This document shows positions 39,723-63,750 of a stretch of 64,000 bases of DNA, one piece after another. The stretch lies in NCBI RefSeq assembly GCF_048593235.1, contig NC_133620.1:352460454-352524453 (forward strand), read 5' to 3'. The number at the start of each line of letters is the position of its first letter. Within the stretch, counting starts at the first letter, position 1. Made by a program: the position numbers and the translations under genes. The stretch is from Sminthopsis crassicaudata. Taxonomy: Eukaryota. The notes under the pieces were generated by a model. It had not been told where the DNA came from. It did no database searches and saw only the letters and a list, made by a program, of their open reading frames with translations.

Positions 39723-40503
39723 AATTAAGCACTTATTAAGTGCTTAATATGTACCAGGCCCTTTAGAATATTCTCTCATTCATTTATCTCAAAAACTTCA
39801 TGAGGTAGATGCTATTATTATCCCCATTTTACAAATGACGTAAACAGAGCTTAAATGATTTGCCCAGGATCACAAAGCTGGTGGTTAGAAGCTGGGTTTG
39901 AAGTCATATGGTCCTGATTTCAGGCCCAGCACACTATCTATCTAGCTGCCAGAGTCAGAGTAAGGGAGATGAGGGATATTAAACAATTATATGGAATTAG
40001 GCAACCTAGATATAAATTCCTCCTTTGCTAATTCTTAAGCTATGACTCCCATTGGGCAATGTCATCAAACTTCTCTAGACCTCAGTTTCCTTATCTATAA
40101 AATTGGGAGGAATGGATTAAGATGGTTTCTAAGGAGTGGATTCTTCCTACAAACAGGCTCAATCCGGCAGAGTAGCTTGGAGTAAATGACCAGAAATGAC
40201 TGTCCATCTTTCAGAACAAGGAAGCTGTAGGAGGCTGGAGTGGTTTGGTTCTCAAGGTAGACAAGGAAGATAGCTTCCTACTCAGTGCTGGTACATCAAA
40301 CTGAGTGTAAGACAGAAGGTGAAGAGCCAGTCTTTTGCAAATATCTGCCTTATTGAAATTAAATGTCTGGGTACTCAACCTGGGACTTTAGTGTTGAGTT
40401 GGGAAAGGGACAATGCTGGATTTGGAATCAGGAAAACTTGAGTTTAGATCTTGCCTCTGATGCTCATTAGCTAAGTGATCTTAGACTAGCCAATTAATTT
40501 CTT

Positions 40504-41875
40504 TTTTTATCATTTTTTAAATTTATTTTTTAATTTTATAATTATAAAATTTTTTGACAGTACATATACATGAGTAATTTTTTATGACATTATCCCTTGT
40601 ATTCATTTTTCCAAATTTTCCCCTCCCTTCCTCTACTCCCTCCCCTAGATGACAGGCAATCCCATACATTTTACATGTGTTACAGTATAACCTAAATACA
40701 ATATGTGTGTAAATACCATTTTCTTGTTGCACGTTAAGTATTGGATTCCGAAGGTATAAGTAACCTGGGTAGATAGACAGTAGTGCTAACAGTTTACATT
40801 CAATTCCCAGTGTTCCTTCTCTGGGTGTAGCTACCTCTGTCCATCATTGATCAACTGGAAGTGAGTTGGATCTTCTTTATGTTGAAGATATCCACTTCCA
40901 TCAGAATACATCCTCATGTTGTTGAAGTGTACAGCGATCTTTTGGTTCTGTTCATTTCACTCAGCATCAGTCATGTAAGTCTCTCCAAACCTTTCTGAGT
41001 TCATCCTGTTGGTCATTTCTTACAGAGCAATAATATTCCATAACCTTCATATACCATAATTTACCCAACCATTCTCCAATTGATGGACATCCATTCATCT
41101 TCCAGTTTCTAGCCACTACGAAAAGGGCTGCCAGAAACATTTTGGCACATACAGGTCCCTTTCACCTCTTTAGTATTTCCTTGGGATATAATCCCAATAA
41201 CAGCAATGCTGGGTCAAAGGGTATGCACATTTTGATAACTTTTTGGGCATAATTCCAGATTGCTCTCCAGAATGGTTGGATTCTTTCACAACTCCACCAA
41301 CAATGTATCAGTGTCCCAGTTTTCCCACATCCCCTCCAACATTCATCATTATTTGTTCCTGTCATCTTAGCCAATCTGACAGGTGTGTAGTGGTATCTCA
41401 GAGTTGTCTTAATTTGCATTTCTCTAATCAGTAGTGATTTGGAACACTCTTTCATATGAGTGGATATAATTTCAATTTCATCATCTGAGAATTGTCTGTT
41501 CATATCCTTTGACCATTTATCAATTGGAGAATGGTTTGATTTCTTATAAATTAGGGTCAGTTCTCTATATATTTTGGAAATGAGGCCTTTGTCAGAACTT
41601 TTACTTTTAAAAATATTTCCCAATCTGTTACTTCCCTTCTAATCTTGTTTGCATTAGTATTATTTGTACAGAAACTTTTTAGTTTGATGTAATCAAAATC
41701 TTCTATTTTGTGATTGATAATGATCTCTAGTTCTCCTCTGGTCATAAATTCCTTCCTCCTCCACAGGTCTGAGAGGTAGACTATTCTCTGTTCCTCTAAT
41801 CTATTTATGATCTCATTCTTTATGCCTAAATCATGGACCCATTTTTATCTTATCTTGGTATAAGGTGTTAAGTGT
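40504..41875 (-). mobile_element. 5'-truncated L1 (ORF2 C-terminus plus 3' UTR) inserted in a MIR/MAR-like SINE
   Basis: ORF2 motifs DKGLISKIY, REMQIKTTLRYH, CWRGCGKTGTLIHCWW; perfect 17-nt TSD tagccaattaatttctt at 40487-40503 and 41876-41892; frameshifted. Confidence 0.95.
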
Positions 41876-42014
41876 TAGCCAATTAATTTCTTGAGGCCTC
41901 AGTTTTTCCATCTATAAAATAGAGTAAATGGAGAGAATTGTAGTATAAACTCTATAAAGGTCAAATTAGATCATGTATAAGCTCATTTCAAATGCTAAAC
42001 AAATGACTGCTGCC

Positions 42015-42055
<41 letters not shown>

Positions 42056-42127
42056 GATGACAACAATGATGATCATGCTAATAATGATGATAATGATGAT
42101 CATGATGATCATGGTGATGGAAATGGT
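42015..42127. repeat. (ATG)n trinucleotide repeat
   Basis: 13 pure units at 42015-42053, then degenerate. Confidence 0.97.
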
Positions 42128-43261
42128 GAAGAACAACTGGGAAAAACCTTTTGAACTCCCAACCATAGTCAGGATTTGAGCAATGAACTTAGAGATGAAC
42201 TGGGAAGCTATCTAGACCATCATTTTAAAGAAAAGAAAACTAAAATCCAGAAAGAGTTATATAATTTATTGGAATTTGCAAATTGGTGACTTTCTCATAT
42301 CCTAGAAAGCTTTTTCCCTGGGAAATTTTCCAGAGCCACAATATCCTATAATCTAAGACTAGGTATAAAGGTAGAATAATAAATATACATCTCTCCCTTT
42401 CAGTGAATTCTTTACCCTTTTTCTCCTACACTTCCTTCTCCCACCCTTCCTTCTCCCACCCTAACCCCATTTTTAGTATGTTTAGCTTAGCAGAAGGGTA
42501 AGGATATCACCCATTCAGATACTAACCTGCCCTAAAGAGGACATTGTGGACAATCATTTAGTAAGTACTTGCTGTGCTTCAGGCATTGTGTTAAGCACTG
42601 AGGATACAAAAACCAAAAACAATATCATGCCATATAAGGATAGCAGAGGAAGTGAAAATGTTGATGCTGGAAAAGAGAAAGCTCAGAAATGATAGCTTTC
42701 TTCAAGTATTTAAAGAAATCTCATGAGTAAGAAAAACTAGACTTGTCTTGCTTGGCCACAAAAAATAAAACCAGTATCGGTGAACCTTGCATAAAGGTAG
42801 ATTTGGAGCAGACCTAAAGAAAAAAGTTTTAATGATTTGTTCACTTGTTTAGTTGTGTTCAGCTCTTCATGACCTCCATGGACCATACTCTCTATACTCT
42901 ATATGGGTTAGTTGAGCATTTTTTTTTTGGTTTGAGTTTTTGGTTTTTATTGGGGTGATTTTTCAAATTCAATAATTATAGCTGCCCAAAAATGGTACAG
43001 GCTGTCACAAGAGATCCCCCCTTATTAGAACCATTCAAGCAAAAATTGGATGGCCACTTTGTAAATACATTGTAGAAGGAATTCTTATTCTCTTATGGGT
43101 TAAAATTCTAATCTCTAAGGTCTCTTCCAGTTCAGATTCTGTGATTTCATAGTTTTTTAGCTATTAATAACAGAGCAGGGAGTATGGAATTTTCAGTCAC
43201 TATATCCTTCTTTGCTATTATTGTCCCTCTTCTCTCATTTAAAAAATGTCTGTCTCTCTAG

Positions 43262-43950
43262 AGCAGGGCTTTTTAGCATGGGTACACAGACTCCCAAGGA
43301 ATCAATCTGTAAACAGATTTCAGAGAATCCCTGAGCTAGAATAAAAAAAGCATATCTTTATTTCCATATAATTGGGTTTTTTTATAATTCTATTGTTGAG
43401 GTTGGGAAGGAGACACCAAAAGTTTGGGGTCATTGATCGATGTCATGAGGTATCTCAAAAGAATTTGCAGGCTCAAACCCATTTCCTAATAAGGGGCAAA
43501 GTTTATTTGTAACTGTAACACCATTACAATTACAGGTTCCAAAAGAATCTAGCAAAGTTCAGAGAGAGGAGACCGCTTTATCCAGCTTTCTATCATTGAT
43601 ATGCTAATTCTATAGCCTAGAGAGTGGTCTATTCCCTATTGCTTCAGGAGTTTAATCTGTGGGACTATACTGAGGCCAGAAGTTATCTGACTGAGGAGTG
43701 GTCTATTCAGAATCAGATTGGGAGCAGGAATTTCCTGAGGCAGATTTCAAACCCAGAAGATTTAGGATCACTGACTTATTGCTAGAAAAGAAGCCCCCCT
43801 AAAATCAGGAGCCCACAAAATTATTGTTATATTATATCACCATGTCTTATTTTATGCATTTAAAAACATTATTCTGAGAAGAAGTCCCATAGGCTTCACC
43901 AGTCTGCCAAAGTGGTCCATGACACAAAAAGAGTTGAAAAGACTTTGGGC
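43262..43950. mobile_element. hAT/Charlie-like non-autonomous DNA transposon (interrupted)
   Basis: Related copies by eye near 3000-3230, 6365-6750, 8680-8860 and 51470-51660; family name not established. Confidence 0.55.
43393..43818 (-). mobile_element. Solo-LTR-like element nested in a hAT-like element
   Basis: Minus strand TGTGGG...AACA termini, GATAAA near 43580, AATAAA 43502-43507; no clean TSD. Confidence 0.5.
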
Positions 43951-45457
43951 TGCCAACTAGTGTCAGGATACCAAAATGATTATAGCCCCATCTTCCTGCT
44001 AGGGAAATGTTGGGCAGAGTGGAATTTATTTATTGCTTGCTTGCATTTTGCACCATCAACTGAACATGGATGCCAAATTCCAAGGAAATGTCCCTCTGTG
44101 TTTTGTTCTGATGCCAGGAAATTCCATTGTATTTTAATCCTTAGACTTACACTGGAACTTTTTTCTAATCTACTTCTCTAATCCCCCCTTATTAGAACCA
44201 TTATTAATGGTTCTAATATGTATGTCTTCAAAAGTATGTCATCGAAACTCCAGTTTATATGTTTTAGGGGGGGGAGATTGTATTTTTTTTTTAATTTTGT
44301 AGTGGTAGCATTGGATTTGACCTTGAGAAATACAGGTCAATCGCTTCTACTGACTCATTTTAGAGAAACATGGGAATCTTTTCATTCCTCCATTGACTCA
44401 CTCTCTCTTCCTTAAATAAGAATAATCATGTTTACCTAACAACTCTGTCATGATGCTGGGAGGATGAGTAGGTTCCTTTGGGTAAAAGCTTTGAACTCAG
44501 ATGAAAGGAGCTATTTAAGTACAAAGGAAGAGGAGTGATTTAGTTGGATGCTAAATTAAGACTATTTGTAATTATTCATTCTTAGTAGGAGCTTCAGAGA
44601 TGTGTCATCACACTGTTCCAAATACCTGGATTGGTAAACTAGGCAAAAGCCTAACAAAAGACTAAATATAAAGCACTGTCATAACTTTCTCACAATGCCA
44701 GCATATTCTAAACACTGGTCCCAAAGTTGCTCAAAACAGCTATATCTTATGACCATTGGCCAGAGAAAATTCTGATGTTTGGAGATCTTCCCTGGAATTG
44801 GAAAGAAAAAACTGGATGGCCATTTAAGATTCTCCAGTGTGCATTATTCTATGATTCTACAGCCACAGGGATTATATGTGAAAAATATCCCACAGGATGG
44901 GAATTTCTAAACAACATGCTATGATTAGAAGATACAAAAAGCAATGGTGAAAAAAATAAACTTCCAGGAGAGCTTTTCTGGAGCATTCACCCCTTGAAAC
45001 TTGCTATTTAAAGCATAATTGTGACCACAGAGCAAGAAGACCTGATTCATAGCAGATGACAGAAGACTCTTTGAGGTCTTCTCACTCACCTGTTTTAATG
45101 CATGGTCTGAAAGAGCAGGACAATCATTGGAAAGGTCCTGGCAAGTGGACCCAGAGAAATATTCTGCATAGGTGGAATTAAGAGAGCCCATTTGGTCTGG
45201 TAGACTGGAACAGACCAGTTATAAAACTGCTCAATTTCAGAGCTATAGTCTACCCCATAATTCTCCAAGGATCACTTCTACAAAATATGCAACAAACCTT
45301 TCCTTAAACATCTCAAGTGAAGAGGAGCCCATCATTAAGGAAATCTATTGCACTTTTGGATCGCTCCAATTGTAAGGAAGATTTTCCTTAAATCAAGTTT
45401 AAATTTGCATCTTTGTAAAGGCCATCTATTGCTCTAGTTCTGCCCTATGGAGACAAA

Positions 45458-45690
45458 TGGCAGCTAGGTGGCGCAGTGGATAGAGTGTTGAGCCTGGAGT
45501 CTTCTTGAGTTCAATTCTGACCTCAGACACTTTCCAGCTATGTGACCCTGGGCAAGTAACTTATCCCCATTTGACTCACTTTCTTCATCAGTGAAAGGAG
45601 CTGGAGAAGGAAATGGCAAACCAGTCCTAATATCTTTGCCAAGAAAACTCCAAATGGGGTCTTGGAGAGTTGAATATGACTGAAGAATAA
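45458..45690 (+). mobile_element. MAR1-like SINE
   Basis: tRNA-like head, core, ggagaaggaaatggcaaacc tail. Confidence 0.8.
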
Positions 45691-46055
45691 TGTCTGCTCT
45701 TCCTGTAGGGTATCTGCTCCATCTGCTCAGTTTGCCAAAAGCTCTACTACCCTAATAATTACTCTAATAATCCTCAGTTTGCATTTCTACTGCTCTTACT
45801 TTAAAAAAATCAGGATACATCTTAGTTAAATCCTAGGAGGAAATGTGTCTCCTCTGTATAATGTATTATCCACATCTTCTTCCTTCTTGTTTCTTACAGA
45901 CTTCAGTACCTTTATTCTTGTGTTCTGCACCAAACAAACAAACACCAACTTTATAGAAGCACTCACCAGTCCCCATATGACACTTCACACACTCACACAG
46001 CAATTAATTATTTAAGATCAATGAGGACTGATATAATTATGCTGTGGGAAAAAAG

Positions 46056-46061
46056 TTTATT
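46056..46061 (-). terminator. Poly(A) signal of KRT37-like
   Basis: AATAAA about 330 nt past the stop. Confidence 0.65.
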
Positions 46062-46392
46062 AACTAATAAGATTTTTGATTGTATTACAGAAGACAGGGA
46101 AGTAGTAAAAGATAGAAGTTAGGAGGCTGAATATACCTTGAAAGTAAATATATATAAATGTAGCCTGGGATAAAGGCATTCTATATTAAGGGAGAGAATA
46201 TTCCAGACTTTAAAACACAAATCAAGTGTGTTTACAAGTTCAGGCTGATAGGAAAGTTGGGAGTCTCAGAGGTTCCATAAGGTATTAAGTGGTTCTTCTA
46301 GTGGTCCATCAGACAAAACCTCAGGAAATGAAGATTTTTTTCCATAAGGCAAGCATGTTGGTCTGGTCAGACTTTCAGCATTGAGATGATGA

Positions 46393-57479
<11,087 letters not shown>

Positions 57480-57556
57480 GGCAGCAGAACAGAAGTGTTG
57501 GGTTGTGTCTAGGTTGTATTTACTCAAAATTAAGCAGTTCCTTTTTTCCTAGACCT

Positions 57557-57762
57557 ATTATATATATACATCTAGAAGAGGGTGTTGGTGCACAAAACTA
57601 GCATTCCACTCACTATTTATGTTATTGTATAATATCCTGATTAGTGGGTAATATGGTTTCCTATAAAGAGTTAATTAGATCATAAAAAAAGATTTTGTCT
57701 AACAAAGAACTGCTTACTATCACATGGCCCTAAAATGCATGCAAAAACCTCATTCTTCAAAG
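57557..57762 (-). promoter_or_regulatory. KRT37-like proximal promoter
   Basis: TATATATAAT 57557-57568, CACCC about 57590, TTTTATGAT 57679-57687, CTTTGAAG 57755-57762. Confidence 0.7.
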
Positions 57763-59586
57763 ACTTATAAACTCAACATCCTAAATTCAGCCTTTGAATT
57801 ACTCTTTGACCTCCCATTCAAGTTTGTAAAATTGTAAGGAGTCATGCAGTCCTCTTATGGACACCAAAGGGCCACATAATTTCTACTTCAAATCATTTTC
57901 CTGCCCCAGGAAATTCATTTGAATAAATCCTTTGATCCCTGATAAGTCTAAAAAATTAGAAGAGTCTAAAACACATAGTGTTGTCCAGGCAATTGGAGTT
58001 GGAAGAAAGAATTATAAATATCCTCTTCCTCATTCAATGACCTTGTGTGTAAGGTCATATAAAGGACATTCAAAGATGGATTCCCAGATTCAGGAAAAAG
58101 ATTTTCTGAGCAATCTTAAACAAAACTGAAATGATTTAAAGTTGAAGGATAATTTAAAGAGTATCACATCTAAATATATTGAGGCTTAAAGACATGAAGG
58201 GACTTTCCCAAGACCATGTGGTTAATGAATGACAGAGTCAAGACTAAAACCTTGCACTCAAAACTAGCTCTAGAGTAGAACATTGATAAGTGCCAGAGAA
58301 AGCATTCATCTGGAATTATGGGGGGGGGGGGTGAAATTCTAAATACATTTGACAAGTCAACTTTGAAAATTATTAAGTCTAAAAGAAAATGGACATTGAG
58401 AGTCAGAGGGGGAAAAAACAAATGTATTTTAAAATATAGTTCCAGATTCCCAGGAGAATGTGTTCTCATCTACTAGAACTTTGTGAGTTGGCTAAGATCA
58501 ACAATGATTAATATTTTATGGTGTCTATTCTCAAAGCTTCCCATGTCTTTCTTTCTCAGTATCTCTACTTATTACCTACATTCCCACCTGCCCCTCTCTT
58601 AGGACTGTGTCCTCCTTCAACTTGTTTTATCCAAACTCTTAGACTTTGATCTCCTTTCTCTTGAAAGACTCTCACACCTTTGAAAAACACATCTTCTTTG
58701 ATAGTCCACTAATAAAAAGACTCCTGCACAAAATTTGAATTTCCTTAATCTTCAGACATACTCACAGCATCCAAAAGCTTTATTATCTTACTCTGACCCA
58801 TAACAAACATATGCCATCAGCTTGTTTCTCCACAAACTCCAGAAAAGGATAATTAACTATCTAGCTTCTTTGCTATGCTAAATAAGATGCCATCTTTAAC
58901 CCCATTCCCAGGATGAATACATTGACTCTTGGCTTGGAGGCAGTGGAATAATCTCTAAAGTTGCAATGCTCTTGATGATAAACCAGGATTCAAAGGTGAA
59001 CAGATAAAGTCTTTTTTAAGGGTCTCTACCCACCTCCCCCCCACTTCCACTATTAACTTTGGATCATCATCTGAGTTTAGCACAATTCAATAAGCCTTTA
59101 TTATATGCCATAATATGAAAGCCCTCAATACTGATCTAGATAGCCAGGAATTGGCCCCAAACATCCATTGGTTTAAGGAACTCCCAGAGAGCAAAAACAG
59201 AGTCAATGTATGAAACTCACAAAGAAGTAAATTCAGTCTTAATATCTAATTAATTCTATTTTTGGAAGGCTTCCTAACAATTAGTGTTTTCCAAAAGTAA
59301 AATGAGCTACATCAAGAGATAATAGATTACTCCTTGTTGGAAGTCTTCAAGCAATAGCTAGATGACCATTTGTCAAGAATTTTAAATGAAAATTCCTTTT
59401 GCATATGAGGAGGACTAGAGGATTACAATTCCTTCTGCTCTAAATTATGTGATCTGTAGGAAAATGATAGAGAAATGCTAAATCAGTGAACTTAAATTTG
59501 TTGCTGTGGAATTGCAGGAAAGGAGTATAAGGGATAGACAAACAAAGGAAATATCAATGGAACTTGATGACTTATTAGGTGGGGAT

Positions 59587-60262
59587 TAAGAAGTCAAAGA
59601 TGATTCTGAAATCACACCTGAAGTCATTAACTCTATTAAGGATATTACAAGCAGGCTGTAGAACATTCCCAATAATAATCTGCATGTAAAAAGTGGCATA
59701 AGAGACATCATAAAGGAAATAAATGGTTAGAAAAGCAGCTGAGGATATCATGCAATAAGAGCAAAGAGTCACAAGTGGACAGTTTATGCACTGGATTGAA
59801 ATGTAAAGAGATTGAGAGAAAGCCTCTGATATGTTGGGCATATCTTTTATGGAGGCTCTATGGGAGAGCATAACCAAAAAATACTTAAAATGAAATTTGT
59901 GCCAAAATATCCCTAAACACTCCCTGCTCAAGAATCTCCCCTGACTACTTTCTGTCCAAGAGTTCAATAATTTTTAAGAGTATCAAGTGAACCTGAAACC
60001 AAAAAATCTGAAGACTGTCCATAAAGAACTAGCCTTAAAGTAAATCAGATCAGGATTCAAGCCCCATTTCTGACACCAATTGGCTATATGACCTGGAGCA
60101 AGTTCCCCTTGCCTTTCAGTGTCGTAGGCACCTATTTATAAAGTACAGGGGCAGCTAGGTGGCACAGTGGATAGAGAACCAGTCCTGAAGGCAGGAGGAC
60201 CTGGGTTCAAATATGGCTTCAAACACTTAACACTTCCTAGCTGTGTGACCCTAGACAACTCA
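59587..60262 (+). repeat. Direct repeat copy B
   Basis: Matches 55165-55839. Confidence 0.95.
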
Positions 60263-60283
60263 CTTAACCCTGATTGCCTCAGC

Positions 60284-60284
<1 letters not shown>
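60147..60284 (+). mobile_element. WSINE1/MAR1-like SINE (duplicate at 55725-55839)
   Basis: GGGGCAGCTAGGTGGCACAGTGG...GGTTCAAAT; followed by (TA)n tail. Confidence 0.85.
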
Positions 60285-60323
<39 letters not shown>

Positions 60324-60609
60324 TATATTTATACCCTGATATTATGGTCTTCCTCAAGAAAAAAAGGACAAATGGCAACAACAAAAAGTCCTTCAGCAGC
60401 TAGATGGTACAGTAGACAGAGAGCCAGGCTTAGAGTCAAGAAAACTTATTTTTATGAGTTCAAATCTGGCCTCACATATTTACTATCTTTATAAGCATGG
60501 GCAATCATTTGGCATGATTTGTATCAGTTCCTCTTCTGTAAAATGAGTTGGAGAATTATTGGTCTGTATCTCAAAGAGATTTTTTAAAAAGGGTGGTGGA
60601 ACAAGAAGA

Positions 60610-60807
60610 ATTTATTGGTAGAAGAGTATTTATAAAAACTCTTAATTGGAAATTCATCAATTGGGGAACGGCTGAGCAAGGTGTGTTCTATGATTATATT
60701 GCATTTATTGGTAGAAGAGTATTTATAAAAACTCTTATGGTGGCAAAAGAATTGGAAATTCATCAATTGGGGAATGGCTGAACAAGGGGTGTTCTATGAT
60801 TATATTG
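60610..60807 (+). repeat. Two-copy tandem duplication (92 and 105 nt)
   Basis: Units 60610-60701 and 60703-60807. Confidence 0.9.
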
Positions 60808-61320
60808 GAATACTACTGTGCTATAAGAAATAATGAGTACGATCTCAGAAAAACTTGGAAAGGAAAGGAAAAACTAGGAAAGACCTGGAAAATATAAACT
60901 GATGCAGAGTGAAATGAACTGAGCCAGGAGATATTATACATAGTAGCAATATTGTACAGTGAACAACTGTGAAGGATTTAGCCCTTCTTAGCAATACCAT
61001 GATCCAAGACAAACAGAAAGGCTTTAATGATGAAAAATGCTTTTTTCCCTACAGAGAAAAAACTGATAGAATCTGAATGCAGACTGAAGCACACTAATTT
61101 TCACTTTCTCTCTTTCTTTCTTTTTGGTTCAAGTTTTCTTCTATAAAATGGCTAATATGGAAATATATTTTATAAGCTTGCACATTTATAACCATCTCAG
61201 GAAAAGGAAAGAAAGAAAGGGAAGGTGAGAATCTTGAACTCAACAATTTTAAAAGCAGAAGTTAACAATTGTTTTTACATGTAATTGAGAGGAAAATAAA
61301 ATACATTTTTAAAAAATGAA
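60730..61320 (+). mobile_element. Old L1 3' fragment
   Basis: MVAKELEIHQLGNG.. degraded ORF2 end plus 3' UTR; boundaries approximate. Confidence 0.7.
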
Positions 61321-62468
61321 CTAGAGAAAGAAATGGCAAACCTCTCCAATATCTTTGCTAAGAAAACCTCAACTGGGGTCACAGAGAGTCAAATAGGACT
61401 AAAAATGACGGAATATCAAAATTAAGCCTTGATCCATCTGGTCTCATTCCTAGACAAAGATAAGAGTAATCTGAGGCACGAGAAATGCTAGCATATTTCC
61501 GCTATCCTTTGCTGCTTTTGTCCTCAGAGACAGGGACCCACGATAACCTGTCCGATAGCATTTGGTGGGGGAAGGATCAATTTATCCAAAAGGACATTGT
61601 GTCTTTCTTAGTATCAACACGTTCATCAAAACTGCATTCCTAAATTGATATGGCAGCGTCCCAGTAACACAGGAGTCTAAGATGCAGAACAGCCTGTTCC
61701 CTTCCCTTTGGCAGTAAGCCTCCTTGGGTGCAGGTCAGACTCCTGTCAAAAAGACAAGCAGGGATCCGCCAACCCCATGATAAGATCTGCAGCTCTTAAT
61801 GCACCAGCACTTCTAGGTCAGTGCCAGAGATACAAACACAGGAGTCATTGGGAATGATCCTCTTTAGACAAAGGAATTAAATTTAGAGGGAAATAGGCCA
61901 AGTGCCTGGGGAGTCTCTCCTGCTCTGTGATTTGGGCCTCCCAGTTTCAAGAGAGGTGATTTCATCTTGAAGTCTCCATGAAAGGTTCACCCTTCCAAAA
62001 AGACAATTAACTTGTAAGGTAAACCCAAGAAAGGCAGCTCTCAACAAGATCTTGTCTTTGTTTAGGCTACGTGACCTTACTTTGCTGTTGGATAAAATGT
62101 CACAGCTCATGCCAGAAAACCTTGTGTAGGCATGTAAAAGAATTCAGTCTTTCTGATACTGGTGTTTTTCCCCCTTAGGTCTACAAGCACTGGTGAGAGA
62201 GGAAGATTGGGGGACCTTCATAAGAATAAAGGAAACATGGTAAGTAAGCAGCTAGCATGACAAACTTGGACTTGGGAAATCCTGGGTTCCAATTCTACCT
62301 CTGATATTTGCTAATCAGGTGGCGATAGACAAATGTCACAAGTGAAACAGGTCCTGATCCCTCTAATATCTCCTAAGTAGGATATACAAAGTGCTCTGAA
62401 CACCTTAAAGAACATTATTGTTTTATATTAATCAAGAAAAAATTCCCAGATTTATCAGGAAAGAACCT

Positions 62469-62473
<5 letters not shown>

Positions 62474-62513
<40 letters not shown>
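62474..62513. repeat. A40 homopolymer
   Basis: Direct reading. Confidence 0.98.
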
Positions 62514-62514
<1 letters not shown>

Positions 62515-63337
62515 ATGCGGACACTTATTTCTCCACAACCTACATGATTATTGCATTTTCTCAATTTGTTATTATTTCCATATGTCATATTTCAACAGGA
62601 ATACTGCTGACTGATAGGATAGAATATGGAAATATAATTTATTTTGAGCTGGATATATAATTTCTTCACATAGGAAATCCCCACTCCCTAGCAGGGAAAT
62701 TCTTTACTCAGTTATATCAACTCATGCTTTCCATAGAGCTTTACTATAACTCATGCTTTCCTAGAGCTTTACAAACACTGAGAATTCTGCATCTAGGGAT
62801 GGTTGATGTGTCATGATATGGTGAATAGATATCCCCATATCCAGGAAAATATGGGTTCAAGGCCTATCTCTGACATATGCTACTTTGAGTCACCTCACCG
62901 TAGGTCAGTTTCTTTTTCAGGCAACCTTCTACAAAAGGTTTTTACTAGAGGGAGTTTTCACTCACTCATAATGGACTTCCTACAACAATAAAATCACAAG
63001 TTCTAGTCCATACCTCTTTATACCTACAACAACTTTGTGACATGAGGAGGAAAAATATTGCCAATTTATAGCTAAGGAAAATTGAGGTTCATAGCAGTTA
63101 AATGATTTGTCTACATTTAGGAAGTGTTGAGCTTGGGAATCAAATCCAGATCTATTCAGATTCTGAGGCCCAAGTTCTTTTTCCTATAACACATTGATTA
63201 TTTGCATCTAGAGTCATTTGATGCAACCTAGAGATTTCAGTATCTATAGGATGCTTAGCCTTAACCCAGCTACCAAACTTAAAAAATAAACCCACCAAAA
63301 GACACACAGTGAGACATTAGATGCTGCAGAAAACAAG

Positions 63338-63343
63338 TTTATT
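63338..63343 (-). terminator. Poly(A) signal of KRT38-like
   Basis: AATAAA about 270 nt past the stop. Confidence 0.65.
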
Positions 63344-63614
63344 TGCAAGATAATGAGAGCATATCAAAAGATATTAAGGCAGCAAAGCAGATTCAACATC
63401 CCACAAGAATTATTTCCCAAAAAGCAGTAACTGAAATAGCAATAAATTGCAGGAGTTTCCAGCAGATGAAGTATTTGTTCTTCTCAGCTGCCCACTTGAT
63501 CTTCTTGATGAGCTGCAGAAGAATCTGGGCACTCAAAGTAAATTTAAGCAAGCAAGATAAAGGTGGCCCTGTAGGAGGTTTTCAACCTTTGACTCTCCGC
63601 TGGGAGCACAGATT

Positions 63615-63750
63615 TCAGAATCTACCGGACATGTTGGTGCCACAGGCTGAGCGAGGAGGGACACAGGTGGTTCGGGGAGCACAGCTGGGCCGAGGACCAG
63701 AGGGTGGAGGGACACAGGAGGCAGGTGTCGCACAGGGATTGCATGGAAGT
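63615..63750 (-). CDS. KRT38: Last coding exon of a KRT38-like hair keratin (rest of gene lies beyond the window)
   Basis: ttcag acceptor, phase 2; [44 protein letters not shown] then TGA. PRPSCxPxTTC and terminal RF resemble human KRT38; KRT32 is a less likely alternative. Confidence 0.75.

Noticed and set aside
41966-42179. Poly-Met and poly-Ile ORFs
   Set aside because: Translation of an (ATG)n microsatellite
57480-57527. 16-codon in-frame extension of KRT37-like exon 1
   Set aside because: Starts with TTG about 30 nt from the TATA, at the likely TSS; the ATG at 57479 has a strong Kozak context
62719-62772. 25-26-nt tandem duplication (aactcatgctttcc[a]tagagctttac)
   Set aside because: Ordinary slippage duplication with no functional cue
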